Positions 1 to 9,982 are shown, counted from the first letter of the whole stretch. The stretch: DNA of 63,457 nt, filler included, from Nitrospinota bacterium (GCA_022562795.1; 7 parts of 7 records of this genome joined end to end with filler, not necessarily neighbours in it); one strand, 5' to 3'. The notes: a model not told the origin generated them from the sequence alone. Program-made: numbers and translations.

Positions 1-255
1 CAGCAACTTGGGTAGATAACATTTCACCATTCCCATCTATGCGTTGTCTCTATTCAAATTTAATATGTAAAAGACCTTTTGTAAAGCAAATCCTCACAGA
101 CCAGGGGGTAGCGTAAGCCAAGTGGGCGTAGGTCTTCGGCCAGAGCCTGCCCCGGCCAGGAAAGCCATGGATCCCCAGTTATAAGCGGGATAGCTACCCA
201 AATGCGGCGAATAGCATTGGTAAATATATGAAGACTGGTAAGCAATTGAAATCGT

Positions 256-343
256 TGGTGCCGGAGGCGGGAGTCGAACCCGCACGGCTCTAAGAGCCAC
301 GGGATTTTGAGTCCCGCGCGTCTACCAGTTCCGCCACTCCGGC
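256..343 (-). tRNA. tRNA-Leu (anticodon CAA)
   Basis: Reverse complement GCCGGAGTGGCGGAACTGGTAGACGCGCGGGACT-CAA-AATCCCG...GGTTCGACTCCCGCCTCCGGCACCA folds as a cloverleaf with a long variable arm and encoded CCA. Confidence 0.97.
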
Positions 344-400
344 ACCTGGAGAGACATTAGCCCACCGCCCGTGGCCATGTCAATTGAGGCGGCTCAGCCG

Positions 401-1729
401 TCATTGCGTGCCCAGCAGACCGTCGGCCAGGACTGCATCGGCCGCTCCATCGCCGCTTCTCGCCGAGCCCTCCAGGGTATCGGGCAGGCCCGTGGCGGTC
501 CACCCCCCGGCGAGGTAGAGACCGGGGACTGGCGTTCGAGACCCAGGTCTCGGAGTTGTCTCTGCCGGCCTCAGAGGCACTGTGGCCCGTCGCTCCTTTA
601 CCACCACGGCGTGCTCCACCCGAGCCGAGCGGGCCGCCGGTATGAGCCGCCGGAGATCCTCCATGAGGGTCTCGACGATGACCGCCTTGGTCTCTGGAAC
701 GAGCTCATCGGCGGCGCTCACCGTGATGGCCACGACTTGCCCCGGACCTTCCAGGCCTAATAGCCGCGAGCGGTTGAAGGCCCACTGGGCAGTAGTTCCG
801 ACGAGACCGAGCAGGAGCTCGTCTAGGGCCGGACGGTCGAGCCATAGAGTGGCCGAGACGATGGGCGAGGTGGGTAGCTTCTCCAGGCCCTCAGGCCTGG
901 CACCCGCCGGCAGCAGGGATGCCAGGGCCCACGGGGGGACGGCGGCTATGACAGCCCGCGCCTCGAGGTCCTCGCCGCTTGCCAGGACGACACCCTCGAC
1001 CCCGCGCTCTCCGACGACGATGGCCTCCACGGGCCGTTGGGTCTCTACACGCCCGCCTCGGGCCTCAATGAAACGGTGTGCGGGCCTGGCGAAGAGGTCC
1101 TCCAGATCGATGCGGGGCAGGCCGAGGCCCGCCGCCGCCGGGCCTCTCCCAAAAGCCTCCCGAACGACGGCTGTCAGCGCCGACGCCAGGGCTCTGGACG
1201 GTCGGTCGTTGAGGGTGGCCAGCGCCAACGGCTCTATAAGGTGGGCCCGGGCCGCGGCGGAGGTCCCGACCCGGTCCAGAACCTCGGCGACCGATTGGCC
1301 GTCGAGCTCAGGCCCCCCGCGGAGGAAGGCCCGGAGGGCCCGGGCGGCTCCCAACCGGTCGGCCCAGGCAAGGCCCGACGCGGTGAGGAGACCGGCCACG
1401 GCGGCGGGGAAGCCGCCCACGGGGGGAAAGCGAAAGCGCACCCGGCCGTGGCTTGCAGAGGCGAAGACGAGATCAAGGCGGGGTTGCCAGATCACACCGT
1501 CGGCGGCGCCGATGCGATCGAGCAGGCTCTTGACGGAGCGGTTGCACCCCATCAGGAGATGCTGGCCGTTGTCGACCCGGTGGCCTGTTGCGGGGTCGAT
1601 GAACGCAGTCGCTCGACCCCCGAGGCTTTTGCGGGACTCCAGCAGAGTCGGCCTCAGGCCGGCCTCGGCCAGGCTGACGGCGGCGGCGAGACCAGCGACC
1701 CCGCCGCCTACGACGATGATGCCGCTCAC
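401..1729 (-). CDS. hpnE: hydroxysqualene dehydroxylase (FAD-dependent)
   Basis: GGGVAGL Rossmann motif, LGGRA..DNGQH, C-terminal LAGGWTATGLPDTLEG; GTG start at 1729 overlaps the hpnD TGA. Confidence 0.9.
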   Translation of the reverse strand: MSGIIVVGGGVAGLAAAVSLAEAGLRPTLLESRKSLGGRATAFIDPATGHRVDNGQHLLMGCNRSVKSLLDRIGAADGVIWQPRLDLVFASASHGRVRFRFPPVGGFPAAVAGLLTASGLAWADRLGAARALRAFLRGGPELDGQSVAEVLDRVGTSAAARAHLIEPLALATLNDRPSRALASALTAVVREAFGRGPAAAGLGLPRIDLEDLFARPAHRFIEARGGRVETQRPVEAIVVGERGVEGVVLASGEDLEARAVIAAVPPWALASLLPAGARPEGLEKLPTSPIVSATLWLDRPALDELLLGLVGTTAQWAFNRSRLLGLEGPGQVVAITVSAADELVPETKAVIVETLMEDLRRLIPAARSARVEHAVVVKERRATVPLRPAETTPRPGSRTPVPGLYLAGGWTATGLPDTLEGSARSGDGAADAVLADGLLGTQ

Positions 1730-2571
1730 GGGCGAAAGATTCCCGCAAGCCAAGGGCGGCCCGCCGCGGCGAGCTTCTCGTGCCATGCAAGTCTGACGCG
1801 CCCCTGCCAGACGTCGTAGCCCGCTCTCTCTATTTTGGCGAGCAGGGCCTCATATAGGCTTCGCATTATCTCGGCGGGCAGCAGCGCTCGGCCGACCTCG
1901 GCAGGCCTCAGGCGGGAGGCCTCGGCGAAGGCCTCCCGGGCCCGGCCGCCCTCGAAGGCGAGCAGACTCAAAGCGGCCTCGGTGAGGCGGCCCTCCAGGA
2001 GCTCTTCCTCGGCCACCCCGAACCGCTCGAGGTCTTCAAGGGGGAGGTAGAGGCGGCCCCTGGAGGCGTCGCGGGCGATGTCGCGCAGGATGTTGGTCAT
2101 CTGAAGGGCGCGGCCGAGGGGGACGGCGTAGGCGCGCGCCCCTGGAGTGTCGCAGCCGAAGACCTTGATGCTCATCAGGCCCACGACCGACGCGACCCGG
2201 TAGCAGTAAACTTCGAGCTCCGCGTAGGTGGCGTAGCGGGTGGTCGTGGTGTCCTGGGCGAGCCCCGCGAAAAACTCCTCCCAGAGCTCCCACGGGATGT
2301 CCCGCCGACGGCAGCACGGGATAAGGGCATCCAGGCCCGGCGGCGGCGTCGGGTGCTCGTAGCCCGAAGCGAGTATCTTTCGGAAAGCCTCAAGGCGGGC
2401 GACCCCCTCCTCGGGGGGAAGATCGTCCACCAGGCTGTCGGCGTAAGCCAGAGCTCCGTATAGGACGGTGAGGTCGGCCCTGCGGTCGCGCGGCAGGGCC
2501 AGGAATGCGGGCCAGAACGTCGAGCGGCGCGCGAGACGGTCGAGATCGACTCTAGCTAAACCCTCCGCCAT
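1726..2571 (-). CDS. hpnD: presqualene diphosphate synthase
   Basis: YCYRVASVVG and LQMTNILRD..RD...GRLYLP squalene/phytoene synthase motifs; lies between hpnC and hpnE. Confidence 0.88.
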   Translation of the reverse strand: MAEGLARVDLDRLARRSTFWPAFLALPRDRRADLTVLYGALAYADSLVDDLPPEEGVARLEAFRKILASGYEHPTPPPGLDALIPCCRRRDIPWELWEEFFAGLAQDTTTTRYATYAELEVYCYRVASVVGLMSIKVFGCDTPGARAYAVPLGRALQMTNILRDIARDASRGRLYLPLEDLERFGVAEEELLEGRLTEAALSLLAFEGGRAREAFAEASRLRPAEVGRALLPAEIMRSLYEALLAKIERAGYDVWQGRVRLAWHEKLAAAGRPWLAGIFRP

Positions 2572-2575
2572 TGCC

Positions 2576-3505
2576 CTACGCTCTCAGGTTGGCCCAGACC
2601 GCCCTGAGAAGAAGAAGGGTCCAGTCAGACCGACCGAGGGTGGGCCTTCGGGCAAGGACGTCGTAGTCCTGCCGGACAATCTTCTCAAGGACCCGGCGGC
2701 CCCCGAGGACGACGAGCCGGAGGTGGAAGGCCAAAGACCGCTCGACCATGCCGAGGAGGGCCTCGCCTTCGTCGAAAAGCTCCCCGGTCCTCGCGACGCA
2801 GGCGTCAATACAACGCCTGAGGTTCGGGCCCGCGCTCGGGGCGGCGAGCTCCGAAAAGTCCACTCCAAACCGGCGAAGCTCCGACTCTGGAATGTAGAGG
2901 CGGCCCCTGGCGAGGTCGGGCCTCACGTCCTGCCAGAAGTTCGCAAGCTGGAGGGCCGTGCAGACGGAGTCGGAAGGGCCTGTATAAGGCTCGCCCCGGT
3001 AGCCGGCCAGGGCCAGAAGGATGCGGCCCACGGGGTTGGCCGAGAGGCGGCAATAGGCCAAGAGGGCCTCCCAGTCTGGGTATCGTTTTTGGGTGCAGTC
3101 GAGGCGAAATGCGGACAGGAGGTGGTGGAAGGGCTCCGGGGATAAGTCCCGGCGTTGGAGGATGTCGCCCAGGGCGACGAAGACGGGGTGCTCCGAAGGG
3201 CCGCTCGCGCAACGCACGAGCTCCGCCCCCCACGCGTCGAGGAGGGCCAGGCGCCCTTCGTCTTCGTATGCCTCCTCGTCGGCGAAGTCATCGGCGAAGC
3301 GGGCGAAGGCGTAGACGACGGCCAGCTCCCTCCGAAGCCCGGAGGGGAGAAAGCGTGAGGCCACCGGGAAGTTCTCGTAGTGGCGCTTGACGACGGCCCC
3401 GCACCACTGGTAGGAGGCCTCGACGCTCCAACCCCCCGGCGGCGGCTCGACAGAAGGGGCCGTAGGAGAGGTGGGGGCCATCCTCGGCGAAGCGCCAGAC
3501 TCCAC
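2576..3505 (-). CDS. hpnC: hydroxysqualene synthase
   Basis: HYENFPVAS, ADDFADE, SANPVGR and LQLANFWQD motifs; start position uncertain. Confidence 0.92.
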   Translation of the reverse strand: MESGASPRMAPTSPTAPSVEPPPGGWSVEASYQWCGAVVKRHYENFPVASRFLPSGLRRELAVVYAFARFADDFADEEAYEDEGRLALLDAWGAELVRCASGPSEHPVFVALGDILQRRDLSPEPFHHLLSAFRLDCTQKRYPDWEALLAYCRLSANPVGRILLALAGYRGEPYTGPSDSVCTALQLANFWQDVRPDLARGRLYIPESELRRFGVDFSELAAPSAGPNLRRCIDACVARTGELFDEGEALLGMVERSLAFHLRLVVLGGRRVLEKIVRQDYDVLARRPTLGRSDWTLLLLRAVWANLRA

Positions 3506-3668
3506 GACGTTAAATCTCCTTCATCCTTTGTTGTTCTTGCAACTATAGCCCGCCCGGGGCCGGGAGGTCAACTGAGGAGAAACGTAGGGGGAGGTGAGGG
3601 GTCGAGGAAAGATGTGTAGGGAGAGGGTCGGCAGCGTAGCGCTGTTTCCCACTCCCTGGCCCAAATGC

Positions 3669-3783
3669 CGGACAGCCTAAAGGCTGTCCCTACATGGTGT
3701 TGTGCCCTTGTAGGGACAGGGTTTACCCTGTCCGCGAGATTGAAGGGCGAGAAACGACGGACAGCCTAAAGGCTGTCCCTACA
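3669..3783. repeat. cluster of three GTAG-type REP-like palindromes
   Basis: CGGACAGCCTAAAGGCTGTCCCTACA at 3669-3694 and 3758-3783, with an inverted variant TGTAGGGACAGGGTTTACCCTGTCCG at 3709-3734. Confidence 0.8.
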
Positions 3784-3793
3784 TAACAAGATA

Positions 3794-3826
3794 AAGGCCG
3801 GATACCCACAAAGAGTGTCCGGCCTA
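3794..3826. terminator. hairpin, probable intrinsic terminator (T-tract on minus strand)
   Basis: AGGCCGGATAC...GTGTCCGGCCT stem with flanking A-rich tract. Confidence 0.5.
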
Positions 3827-3852
3827 TATCTATTGGTGGCCTCGGGCTTCCG

Positions 3853-3952
3853 NNNNNNNNNNNNNNNNNNNNNNNNNNNNNNNNNNNNNNNNNNNNTTAA
3901 TTAATTAANNNNNNNNNNNNNNNNNNNNNNNNNNNNNNNNNNNNNNNNNNNN
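3853..3952. other. artificial contig linker
   Basis: N-run + TTAATTAATTAA + N-run, 100 nt. Confidence 0.99.
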
Positions 3953-3997
3953 GTGTCCTCTGAGAGAGTCTACCCCGACCGTGAGAGGTTGCCAAGA
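3953..3997 (-). promoter_or_regulatory. copy 1 of a duplicated 45-bp sigma70 promoter module
   Basis: 43/45 identical to 5495-5539; minus strand reads TTGGCA-N17-TAGACT. Confidence 0.6.
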
Positions 3998-4010
3998 AGG
4001 GCATATACTC

Positions 4011-4110
4011 CCCAGGTAATCTTAACTATGGCCATCCGACCGAAAAGTTCATATTTCAACAGTTATTGCCCCTGAGCCCCAACGGTCAAGAGTGACGATT
4101 ACATCGTGAA
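4011..4110 (+). repeat. dispersed ~110-bp repeat, copy A
   Basis: CCCAGGTAATCTTAACT...CATATTTCAACAGTTATTGCCCCTG...CATCGTG; also at 6855-6966 (inverted) and 62144-62252. Confidence 0.85.
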
Positions 4111-4310
4111 GTCTTCACTTTGCACGTACTATCCAGCTTTACGAACAAGAGCCGGGGGAGGCTTTCGCCTCCGTCCGGCTCGGAGTGTACAGCGCAAAGC
4201 TGGCTCAGGTGGGTTTGGGTGGGCTTGCCGGCTGTTAATCACGGAATAGCAAGCAACAAGCCCACCACACCATACTCTACGCCTTCTTGCATCACATCCA
4301 GGGGAGAGGG

Positions 4311-4643
4311 TTATCCTCCGAACGCCTCAAAGAACGGTGGGAAGGTTCCCAGAAGCCCCAGAGCTATTAGAATCAGCGTCGCGAGAAAGACTTTGCCAAA
4401 GTTCATCTGACGGTGCTTCCACAGGCGGTGCAACACTGCCCAGGCGACCAACCAGGCCAGAACGGACACCGTGCTTTTACCACTAAGAGGGCCAGTGGGA
4501 CCATAGAAGACCAAAGCATGTTTTATCGGCTTGGTGACGACGGCAAGGGTAGTTAGGAGCCCCAGAGCGAAACTCCCGAGCCCCGCCCCCAGCACAGCTG
4601 CCGCGGCCGCGCCGTTGGTCATTGCCGATTCTTTTTCCCTCAT
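4311..4643 (-). CDS. small integral membrane protein, unknown function
   Basis: Three hydrophobic segments, GPLSGK motif, AAGGAG RBS. Confidence 0.8.
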   Translation of the reverse strand: MREKESAMTNGAAAAAVLGAGLGSFALGLLTTLAVVTKPIKHALVFYGPTGPLSGKSTVSVLAWLVAWAVLHRLWKHRQMNFGKVFLATLILIALGLLGTFPPFFEAFGG

Positions 4644-4657
4644 TGTCTTTCACTCCT

Positions 4658-5191
4658 TTAGCGAATCGGTGCGACCTTGGTTAGGAAGGCCCCAAAGAGG
4701 CCAGCCACTCCAGCTGCCGCAAAGGAAATAATGAAGAGAACTATAAGGGCTTGGCGAATCTTCTCCTCGTGGGCCAGCCTGAGACCATAGCGTACTACGA
4801 CGTAGGCTACTGCTGTGGCCAAAATGGGAGACAACCAAGCGACATGTTCCTTCCACTCCATCCCAAACCTGTGCCATGCTGCCAGGTTGGAATTCGCCAG
4901 TAGGTAGGAGCGCGGAAATTGGGTCAGATCGGCCAGCCCCTCAGGCGGTTTGGCCCTATACCAGGGATATACGATATAAGTACCGGTGATGACGGTCAGC
5001 CAAGCCAATATAGCCATGACCCATGTGCCGGCGATTAAGCGACGCAATCGCTCATGCATTCCGGGTACCGTAACCCACTCGGGTCGAAGGCTCCACAGTC
5101 CGGCCAGGCCACCGGCAAAGGCCAGTAGGAAAACGGCGCCTAGCACCATGCCGTGAATAACCGTCCAAAGTTCCCGTGATGTGAGCTTCAT
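4658..5191 (-). CDS. four-TM membrane protein with His motifs, unknown function
   Basis: Four hydrophobic helices; IHGM and WHRFGMEWKEH; GGAGG RBS. Confidence 0.85.
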   Translation of the reverse strand: MKLTSRELWTVIHGMVLGAVFLLAFAGGLAGLWSLRPEWVTVPGMHERLRRLIAGTWVMAILAWLTVITGTYIVYPWYRAKPPEGLADLTQFPRSYLLANSNLAAWHRFGMEWKEHVAWLSPILATAVAYVVVRYGLRLAHEEKIRQALIVLFIISFAAAGVAGLFGAFLTKVAPIR

Positions 5192-5494
5192 AGTTGCCTC
5201 CCTCTCGAGGCCCCCTCCGCCGATGTTGGGGTCACAGATAATGGTAGGCCCAAGACAATAACTAAGCAGAAGGCCAAGGCAGCGATGAATAACTCGCCTC
5301 CATTACCTCTCATAGCAGGTATGCCTCTACGAACAATCTGGGGAGAAGGCTAGATTAATGTGCTAAAGATTTGCTCCACAGGTTATCAAAAACTGGAGGG
5401 AAAAGAAACACACTAGTTACGATTATCCCATCTATACGTAGCATCTCCCGCTTCTCCACGACAGGATGATTAAGGTAGTGAGTCATGGTCCTGG

Positions 5495-5539
5495 GTGTCC
5501 TCTGAGAGAGTGTACCCCGACTGTGAGAGGTTGCCAAGA
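5495..5539 (-). promoter_or_regulatory. copy 2 of the duplicated sigma70 promoter module
   Basis: TTGGCA-N17-TACACT on the minus strand, followed by GAGGA..AGGA and an ATG at 5487. Confidence 0.6.
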
Positions 5540-5743
5540 GGGATATGGGTCAAGCCATGAAGGGGCGTCCCTACAGCATAATACCGGGTAGTTCCGCCCT
5601 ACCCTGATTGGGGGTCGCCAGCTCCGCCTCCAGCGGGCCTCCGCGCCCGCGCTGTTGTATAATAAGGGTTTAAGACCTGATTTCGGCCGAAGGGGCGGAT
5701 GCGGGCTTCGATTGCCCGCAGGCGCCAGGGCGAGGAGGCCCCC

Positions 5744-6745
5744 GTGCGCGCGATGGTCCTACGAGCAGTGAAGCCCGTGGAGGAGAGCCCCCTGGAGGAG
5801 GCCTCCCTCCCCGTCCCCGAGCCGGGCCCAGGCGAGGTCCTTATCCGGGTCGGGGTCTGCGGGGTCTGCCACACCGACCTCCACACCGTCGAGGGCGATC
5901 TCGCGCTTCCGAAGAGCCCCCTCGTGCCGGGCCACCAGGCGGTCGGGAGGGTGGAGAGGCTCGGGGCGGGCTCGTCGAGGTTCGCCGAGGGCGCGCGGGT
6001 CGGCGTGGCGTGGCTCCATTCGACCTGCGGGGCGTGCCCCTTCTGCCGCCGGGGCCTTGAGAACCTCTGCGATGGGGCCCGCTTCACCGGCTATCACGTT
6101 GACGGGGGCTACGCCGAGTACACCGTCGTTCCCGAGGCCTTCGCCTATCCCATACCCGAAGCCTTCGCCGACGAGGAGGCCGCTCCGCTGCTCTGCGCGG
6201 GGATTATAGGCTACCGGGCCCTGCGGCTGAGCGAGGCGGAGGGCGCCCGCAGGCTCGGGCTCTACGGCTTTGGGGCCTCGGCCCATCTAGCCATCCAGGT
6301 GGCGCGCCACTGGGGCTTAGAGGTATTCGTCTTCACCCGAAGCCCCGCCCACCAGGAGCTCGCCCGCAGGCTCGGGGCGGCATGGGTCGGCCGGGCCGAG
6401 GAGACGCCGCCCGAGAAGCTCGATAGCGCCATAATTTTCGCCCCCGCCGGCTGGCTCGTGCCCGAGGCGCTTCGGGCGCTGGATAAAGGCGGCACCCTCG
6501 CCCTGGCGGGCATCCACATGTCGCCCATCCCAGAGCTCGACTACGCCGCCCACCTCTATCACGAGCGGACGGTCCGCAGCGTGGCCAACTCCACCCGTAG
6601 AGATGGCGAGGAGTTCCTCGAGCTCGCCGCCGCCATCCCCGTAACGACCCAAACGACGCGCTACGCCCTTGGCGAGGCGAACGAGGCGCTCGGTGCGCTC
6701 AAGGCGGGTGAGATCAGCGGCGCCGCCGTCCTGGAGGTGGCTTGA
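5744..6745 (+). CDS. zinc-dependent alcohol dehydrogenase family protein (MDR)
   Basis: [42 protein letters not shown] before GTG 5744. Confidence 0.93.
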   Translation: MRAMVLRAVKPVEESPLEEASLPVPEPGPGEVLIRVGVCGVCHTDLHTVEGDLALPKSPLVPGHQAVGRVERLGAGSSRFAEGARVGVAWLHSTCGACPFCRRGLENLCDGARFTGYHVDGGYAEYTVVPEAFAYPIPEAFADEEAAPLLCAGIIGYRALRLSEAEGARRLGLYGFGASAHLAIQVARHWGLEVFVFTRSPAHQELARRLGAAWVGRAEETPPEKLDSAIIFAPAGWLVPEALRALDKGGTLALAGIHMSPIPELDYAAHLYHERTVRSVANSTRRDGEEFLELAAAIPVTTQTTRYALGEANEALGALKAGEISGAAVLEVA

Positions 6746-6854
6746 TAGGTGAGACACGTGGAACGATGACCAATAAGGTATGTTGGTTCGAAATCCCCAA
6801 GATTTGATATGGAAATTGAAAGATAGTTTAAATATTATCGCTTTTTAAACGATT

Positions 6855-6966
6855 ACACGATGAAATTGCCCCTATGCGACCCTTAACCTCCAGGGGCAAT
6901 AACTGTTGAAATATGCCCCTTTCCCCTTCTGGGCCAGAGTTAAGATTACCTGGGATAATCGAACCT
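6855..6966 (-). repeat. dispersed ~110-bp repeat, copy B (inverted)
   Basis: CAGGGGCAATAACTGTTGAAATATG...GTTAAGATTACCTGGG is the reverse complement of the copy A core. Confidence 0.8.
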
Positions 6967-7154
6967 GGCCTCCTTTGAGCAAATCATCAATCCTGTAAGC
7001 AAGCCATACAAGCCCACCGGGTTTCTCGGTCCCTGAGGGGCCTCGTTGGCATGATGCCACACCTTCGGCTCATGAGCCGCTCTCATTTATTATTAATCAG
7101 TTACAAGGATATTACTCTGCCAGGGTGCTAAAATAGTAAGGCGACGATTGAGGG

Positions 7155-7170
7155 TGGCACCGTTCTTGCT
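7155..7170 (+). promoter_or_regulatory. sigma54 -24/-12 promoter
   Basis: TGGCAC-CGTTC-TTGCT about 50 bp upstream of the Flp pilin. Confidence 0.75.
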
Positions 7171-7217
7171 GAAATATATATATATCGCTTCTAGCTGATT
7201 AGAAGGGAATACACCCC

Positions 7218-7412
7218 TTGATTAGGCTTCTTAAATTACTGATAAGAGACAATGAAGCAGCCTCGGCTGTGGAGTACGCTGTGCTTATAGCCCTCATTGC
7301 AGCGGTTATAGTATTTGCTGTACAGAGAATTGGTAACACGCTGAACAACGTGTTCGCCAATGTGGGCTCCGCGATTGAAAGTGCCGTGCCGGAAGGATCC
7401 TGCTGTGATTAA
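7218..7412 (+). CDS. flp: Flp family type IVb pilin
   Basis: Short leader then ASAVEYAVLIALIAAVI (Flp EY motif plus hydrophobic helix). Confidence 0.9.
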   Translation: MIRLLKLLIRDNEAASAVEYAVLIALIAAVIVFAVQRIGNTLNNVFANVGSAIESAVPEGSCCD

Positions 7413-7537
7413 TACTTCGATTATATTGGCGTATTACCGTACCTCGACAAGGCCGTAGGATAACTTAAAGGCGGGCGCAGGGAGACATTGATTATGAAGG
7501 CGCTCCCCAACAAGCACACGCCGGGAGGACTTGAACC

Positions 7538-7702
7538 ATGAAAGAGAAGAATCGAGCAATTGTGTTATTGGCCATCGGCGCACTGCTACTTGCGACAGGA
7601 TGCGCGGGGCGAGAGTTCACCACGACTGAAAAGACGACGTTGGGAGGCGCCGCCCTCGGAGCTGGCGCGGGGGCACTCATCGGGAGCGCTTCGGGCCATG
7701 CT
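7538..7702 (+). CDS. glycine-zipper lipoprotein, 3' truncated
   Basis: Lipobox LATGC then GGAALGAGAGALIG; runs into the linker. Confidence 0.75.
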
Positions 7703-7802
7703 NNNNNNNNNNNNNNNNNNNNNNNNNNNNNNNNNNNNNNNNNNNNTTAATTAATTAANNNNNNNNNNNNNNNNNNNNNNNNNNNNNNNNNNNNNNNNNN
7801 NN
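7703..7802. other. artificial contig linker
   Basis: N-run + TTAATTAATTAA + N-run. Confidence 0.99.
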
Positions 7803-7918
7803 GCCCTCATGGGTTAGGGGGTTTCCCAGTCCATGAGGGCACACCTTCTCACTTTTTCAAGTCATTTATTGACTGTAGTCCCATCCTGTTCCATAGAATG
7901 AGACACAGCACAACATTA

Positions 7919-9982
7919 CTATTGACAAGCCAGGCATTCCTCGTAATCGGTCTGCTCGCCCGCTCCGGCCATCAGCTCGTATTTGGCGGCGTCGGCGGTG
8001 TTGTCGGTCTCGACGCCGCCCGCAAAGCCCGCGCGCTGCACGCTCTTCGAGCGCAGGTAGTAGAGCGACTTGATGCCCTTCTCCCATGCCTGGAAGTGCA
8101 GCATCATCAGGTCCCACTTGTCGACATCGGCGGGGATGAAGAGGTTCAGCGACTGCGCCTGATCGATGAAGGGCGCACGGTCGGCGGCGAATTCGAGCAG
8201 CCAGCGCTGATCGATCTCGAAGCTGGTCTTGTAGGTCGCCTTCTCTTCCGCGCTCAGGAAGTCGAGATGCTGAACCGATCCGCCCTTTTCGAGGATCGAG
8301 TTCCACACATTGGTCGAATCCTTCGACTTCTCGCGCAGCAGCTTTTCCAGATACGGGTTCTTGACCACGAAGCTGCCCGACAGGGTCTTGTGGGTGTAGA
8401 TATTGGCCGGGATCGGCTCGATGCAGGCGCTGGTGCCGCCGCAGATGATCGAGATCGACGCGGTCGGCGCGATCGCCATCTTGCAGCTGAACCGCTCCAT
8501 CGCGCCCATTTCTTCCGCGTCCGGGCAGGGCCCGCGTTCCTTGGCGAGGACCATGCTGGCCTCTTCCGCCTTCGCGCTGACGTGTTTGAACATCTTCAGG
8601 TTCCAGACCTTGGCCATCGGGCTTTCGAAGCCGATGCCCTTCTGCTGGAGGAAGGAGTGGTAGCCCATGACGCCCAAGCCCACGCTGCGTTCGCGGCCGG
8701 CGGAATATTTGGCGCGCGCCATCTCATCCGGCGCGCGGTCGATATAGTCCTGCAGCACGTTGTCGAGGAAGCGCATCACATCCTCGATGAACTGCTTGTC
8801 GCTATTCCACTCGTCCCACTTTTCGAGGTTGAGCGAGCTTAGGCAGCAGACCGCGGTGCGATCGTTGCCGAGATGATCGCGGCCCGTGGGCAGCGTGATT
8901 TCCGAACACAGGTTCGAGGTCGAGACCTTGAGGCCGAGATCGCGGTGATGCTTGGGCATCATCCGGTTCACCGTGTCGGAGAAGACGATATAGGGCTCGC
9001 CCGTCGCGAGGCGGGTTTCGACCAGCTTCTGGAACAGCGAACGCGCATCCACGGTCTTGCGGACCGATCCGTCCTTGGGGCTGACGAGATCGAAGGATTC
9101 GCCCGCGCGGACGGCTTCCATGAATTCGTCGGTCAGCAGCACGCCGTGATGCAGGTTCAGCGCCTTGCGGTTGAAATCGCCCGAAGGTTTGCGGATTTCG
9201 AGGAATTCCTCGATCTCGGGGTGCGACACGTCGAGATAGCAGGCAGCCGAGCCGCGCCGCAGCGAACCCTGCGAAATCGCGAGCGTGAGCGAATCCATCA
9301 CGCGCACGAAGGGGATGATGCCGCTGGTCTTGCCGTTGAGGCCCACCGGCTCGCCGATGCCGCGCACCTGGCCCCAATAGGTGCCGATGCCGCCGCCGCG
9401 CGAAGCCAGCCAGACATTCTCGTTCCAGGTGCCGACGATGCCTTCCAGGCTGTCCTCGACACTGTTGAGATAGCACGAGATCGGCAGGCCGCGATTGGTG
9501 CCGCCGTTCGACAGCACGGGCGTGGCGGGCATGAACCACAGGCGCGAGATGTAATCGTAAAGGCGCTGGGCGTGATCCTGATCGTCGGCATAGGCATCGG
9601 CCACGCGGGCGAACAGGTCCTGAAACTCCTCGCCGGGCAGAAGATAGCGATCGATCAGCGTTTCCTTGCCAAATTCGGTCAGCAAGGCATCGCGGCTGCT
9701 GTCGGTGACGACTTGGAAGCGGCGATCGTTGATCTTCTTCGAATCGTCGACCGGTTCGGCAGAGGCCTTGACCGCTTCCATCATCGCGCCGGCTAGCGCC
9801 GCGTCGGCTTTTTCCGAGATCGCCGCCGTGCCGACCAGTTCTTCGCTACCGCTGTCGGAAGCCTGCATATCGATTGCCTTTCCGGATGCGGGACTGACAG
9901 CGGGGGAAGGCGCGTCCGAGACAGTCGCCGTATCGTCCTGCGTCATGTCCAGTTCCATCGCGTCCTCGTTCCTGAAATCCAT
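7919..9982 (-). CDS. nrdA: class Ia ribonucleoside-diphosphate reductase alpha subunit (sphingomonad-like, no ATP cone)
   Basis: FMPATPVLSN, PISCYL, TSNLCSEI, AIAPTASIS, KSLYYLRS and terminal ECLACQ; start placed at MDFRNE. Confidence 0.95.
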   Translation of the reverse strand: MDFRNEDAMELDMTQDDTATVSDAPSPAVSPASGKAIDMQASDSGSEELVGTAAISEKADAALAGAMMEAVKASAEPVDDSKKINDRRFQVVTDSSRDALLTEFGKETLIDRYLLPGEEFQDLFARVADAYADDQDHAQRLYDYISRLWFMPATPVLSNGGTNRGLPISCYLNSVEDSLEGIVGTWNENVWLASRGGGIGTYWGQVRGIGEPVGLNGKTSGIIPFVRVMDSLTLAISQGSLRRGSAACYLDVSHPEIEEFLEIRKPSGDFNRKALNLHHGVLLTDEFMEAVRAGESFDLVSPKDGSVRKTVDARSLFQKLVETRLATGEPYIVFSDTVNRMMPKHHRDLGLKVSTSNLCSEITLPTGRDHLGNDRTAVCCLSSLNLEKWDEWNSDKQFIEDVMRFLDNVLQDYIDRAPDEMARAKYSAGRERSVGLGVMGYHSFLQQKGIGFESPMAKVWNLKMFKHVSAKAEEASMVLAKERGPCPDAEEMGAMERFSCKMAIAPTASISIICGGTSACIEPIPANIYTHKTLSGSFVVKNPYLEKLLREKSKDSTNVWNSILEKGGSVQHLDFLSAEEKATYKTSFEIDQRWLLEFAADRAPFIDQAQSLNLFIPADVDKWDLMMLHFQAWEKGIKSLYYLRSKSVQRAGFAGGVETDNTADAAKYELMAGAGEQTDYEECLACQ

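Noticed and set aside
582-1819. Long plus-strand ORFs opposite hpnE, and similar shadow ORFs across the window
   Set aside because: Antisense or alternative-frame ORFs typical of GC-rich DNA, with no motifs
3669-3783. Possible CRISPR array
   Set aside because: Only three units, in alternating orientation with unequal spacers, and no cas genes; fits REP elements
3834-3852. Minus-strand ...CCCGAGGCCACCA before a terminator, like the 3' end of a tRNA or other stable RNA
   Set aside because: Only 19 nt before the contig end and no T-loop visible; cannot be assigned
7919-9982. Genuine horizontal transfer of an alphaproteobacterial nrdA
   Set aside because: Joined by multi-fragment junctions near a contig end with no mobility genes; chimera or contamination is more parsimonious
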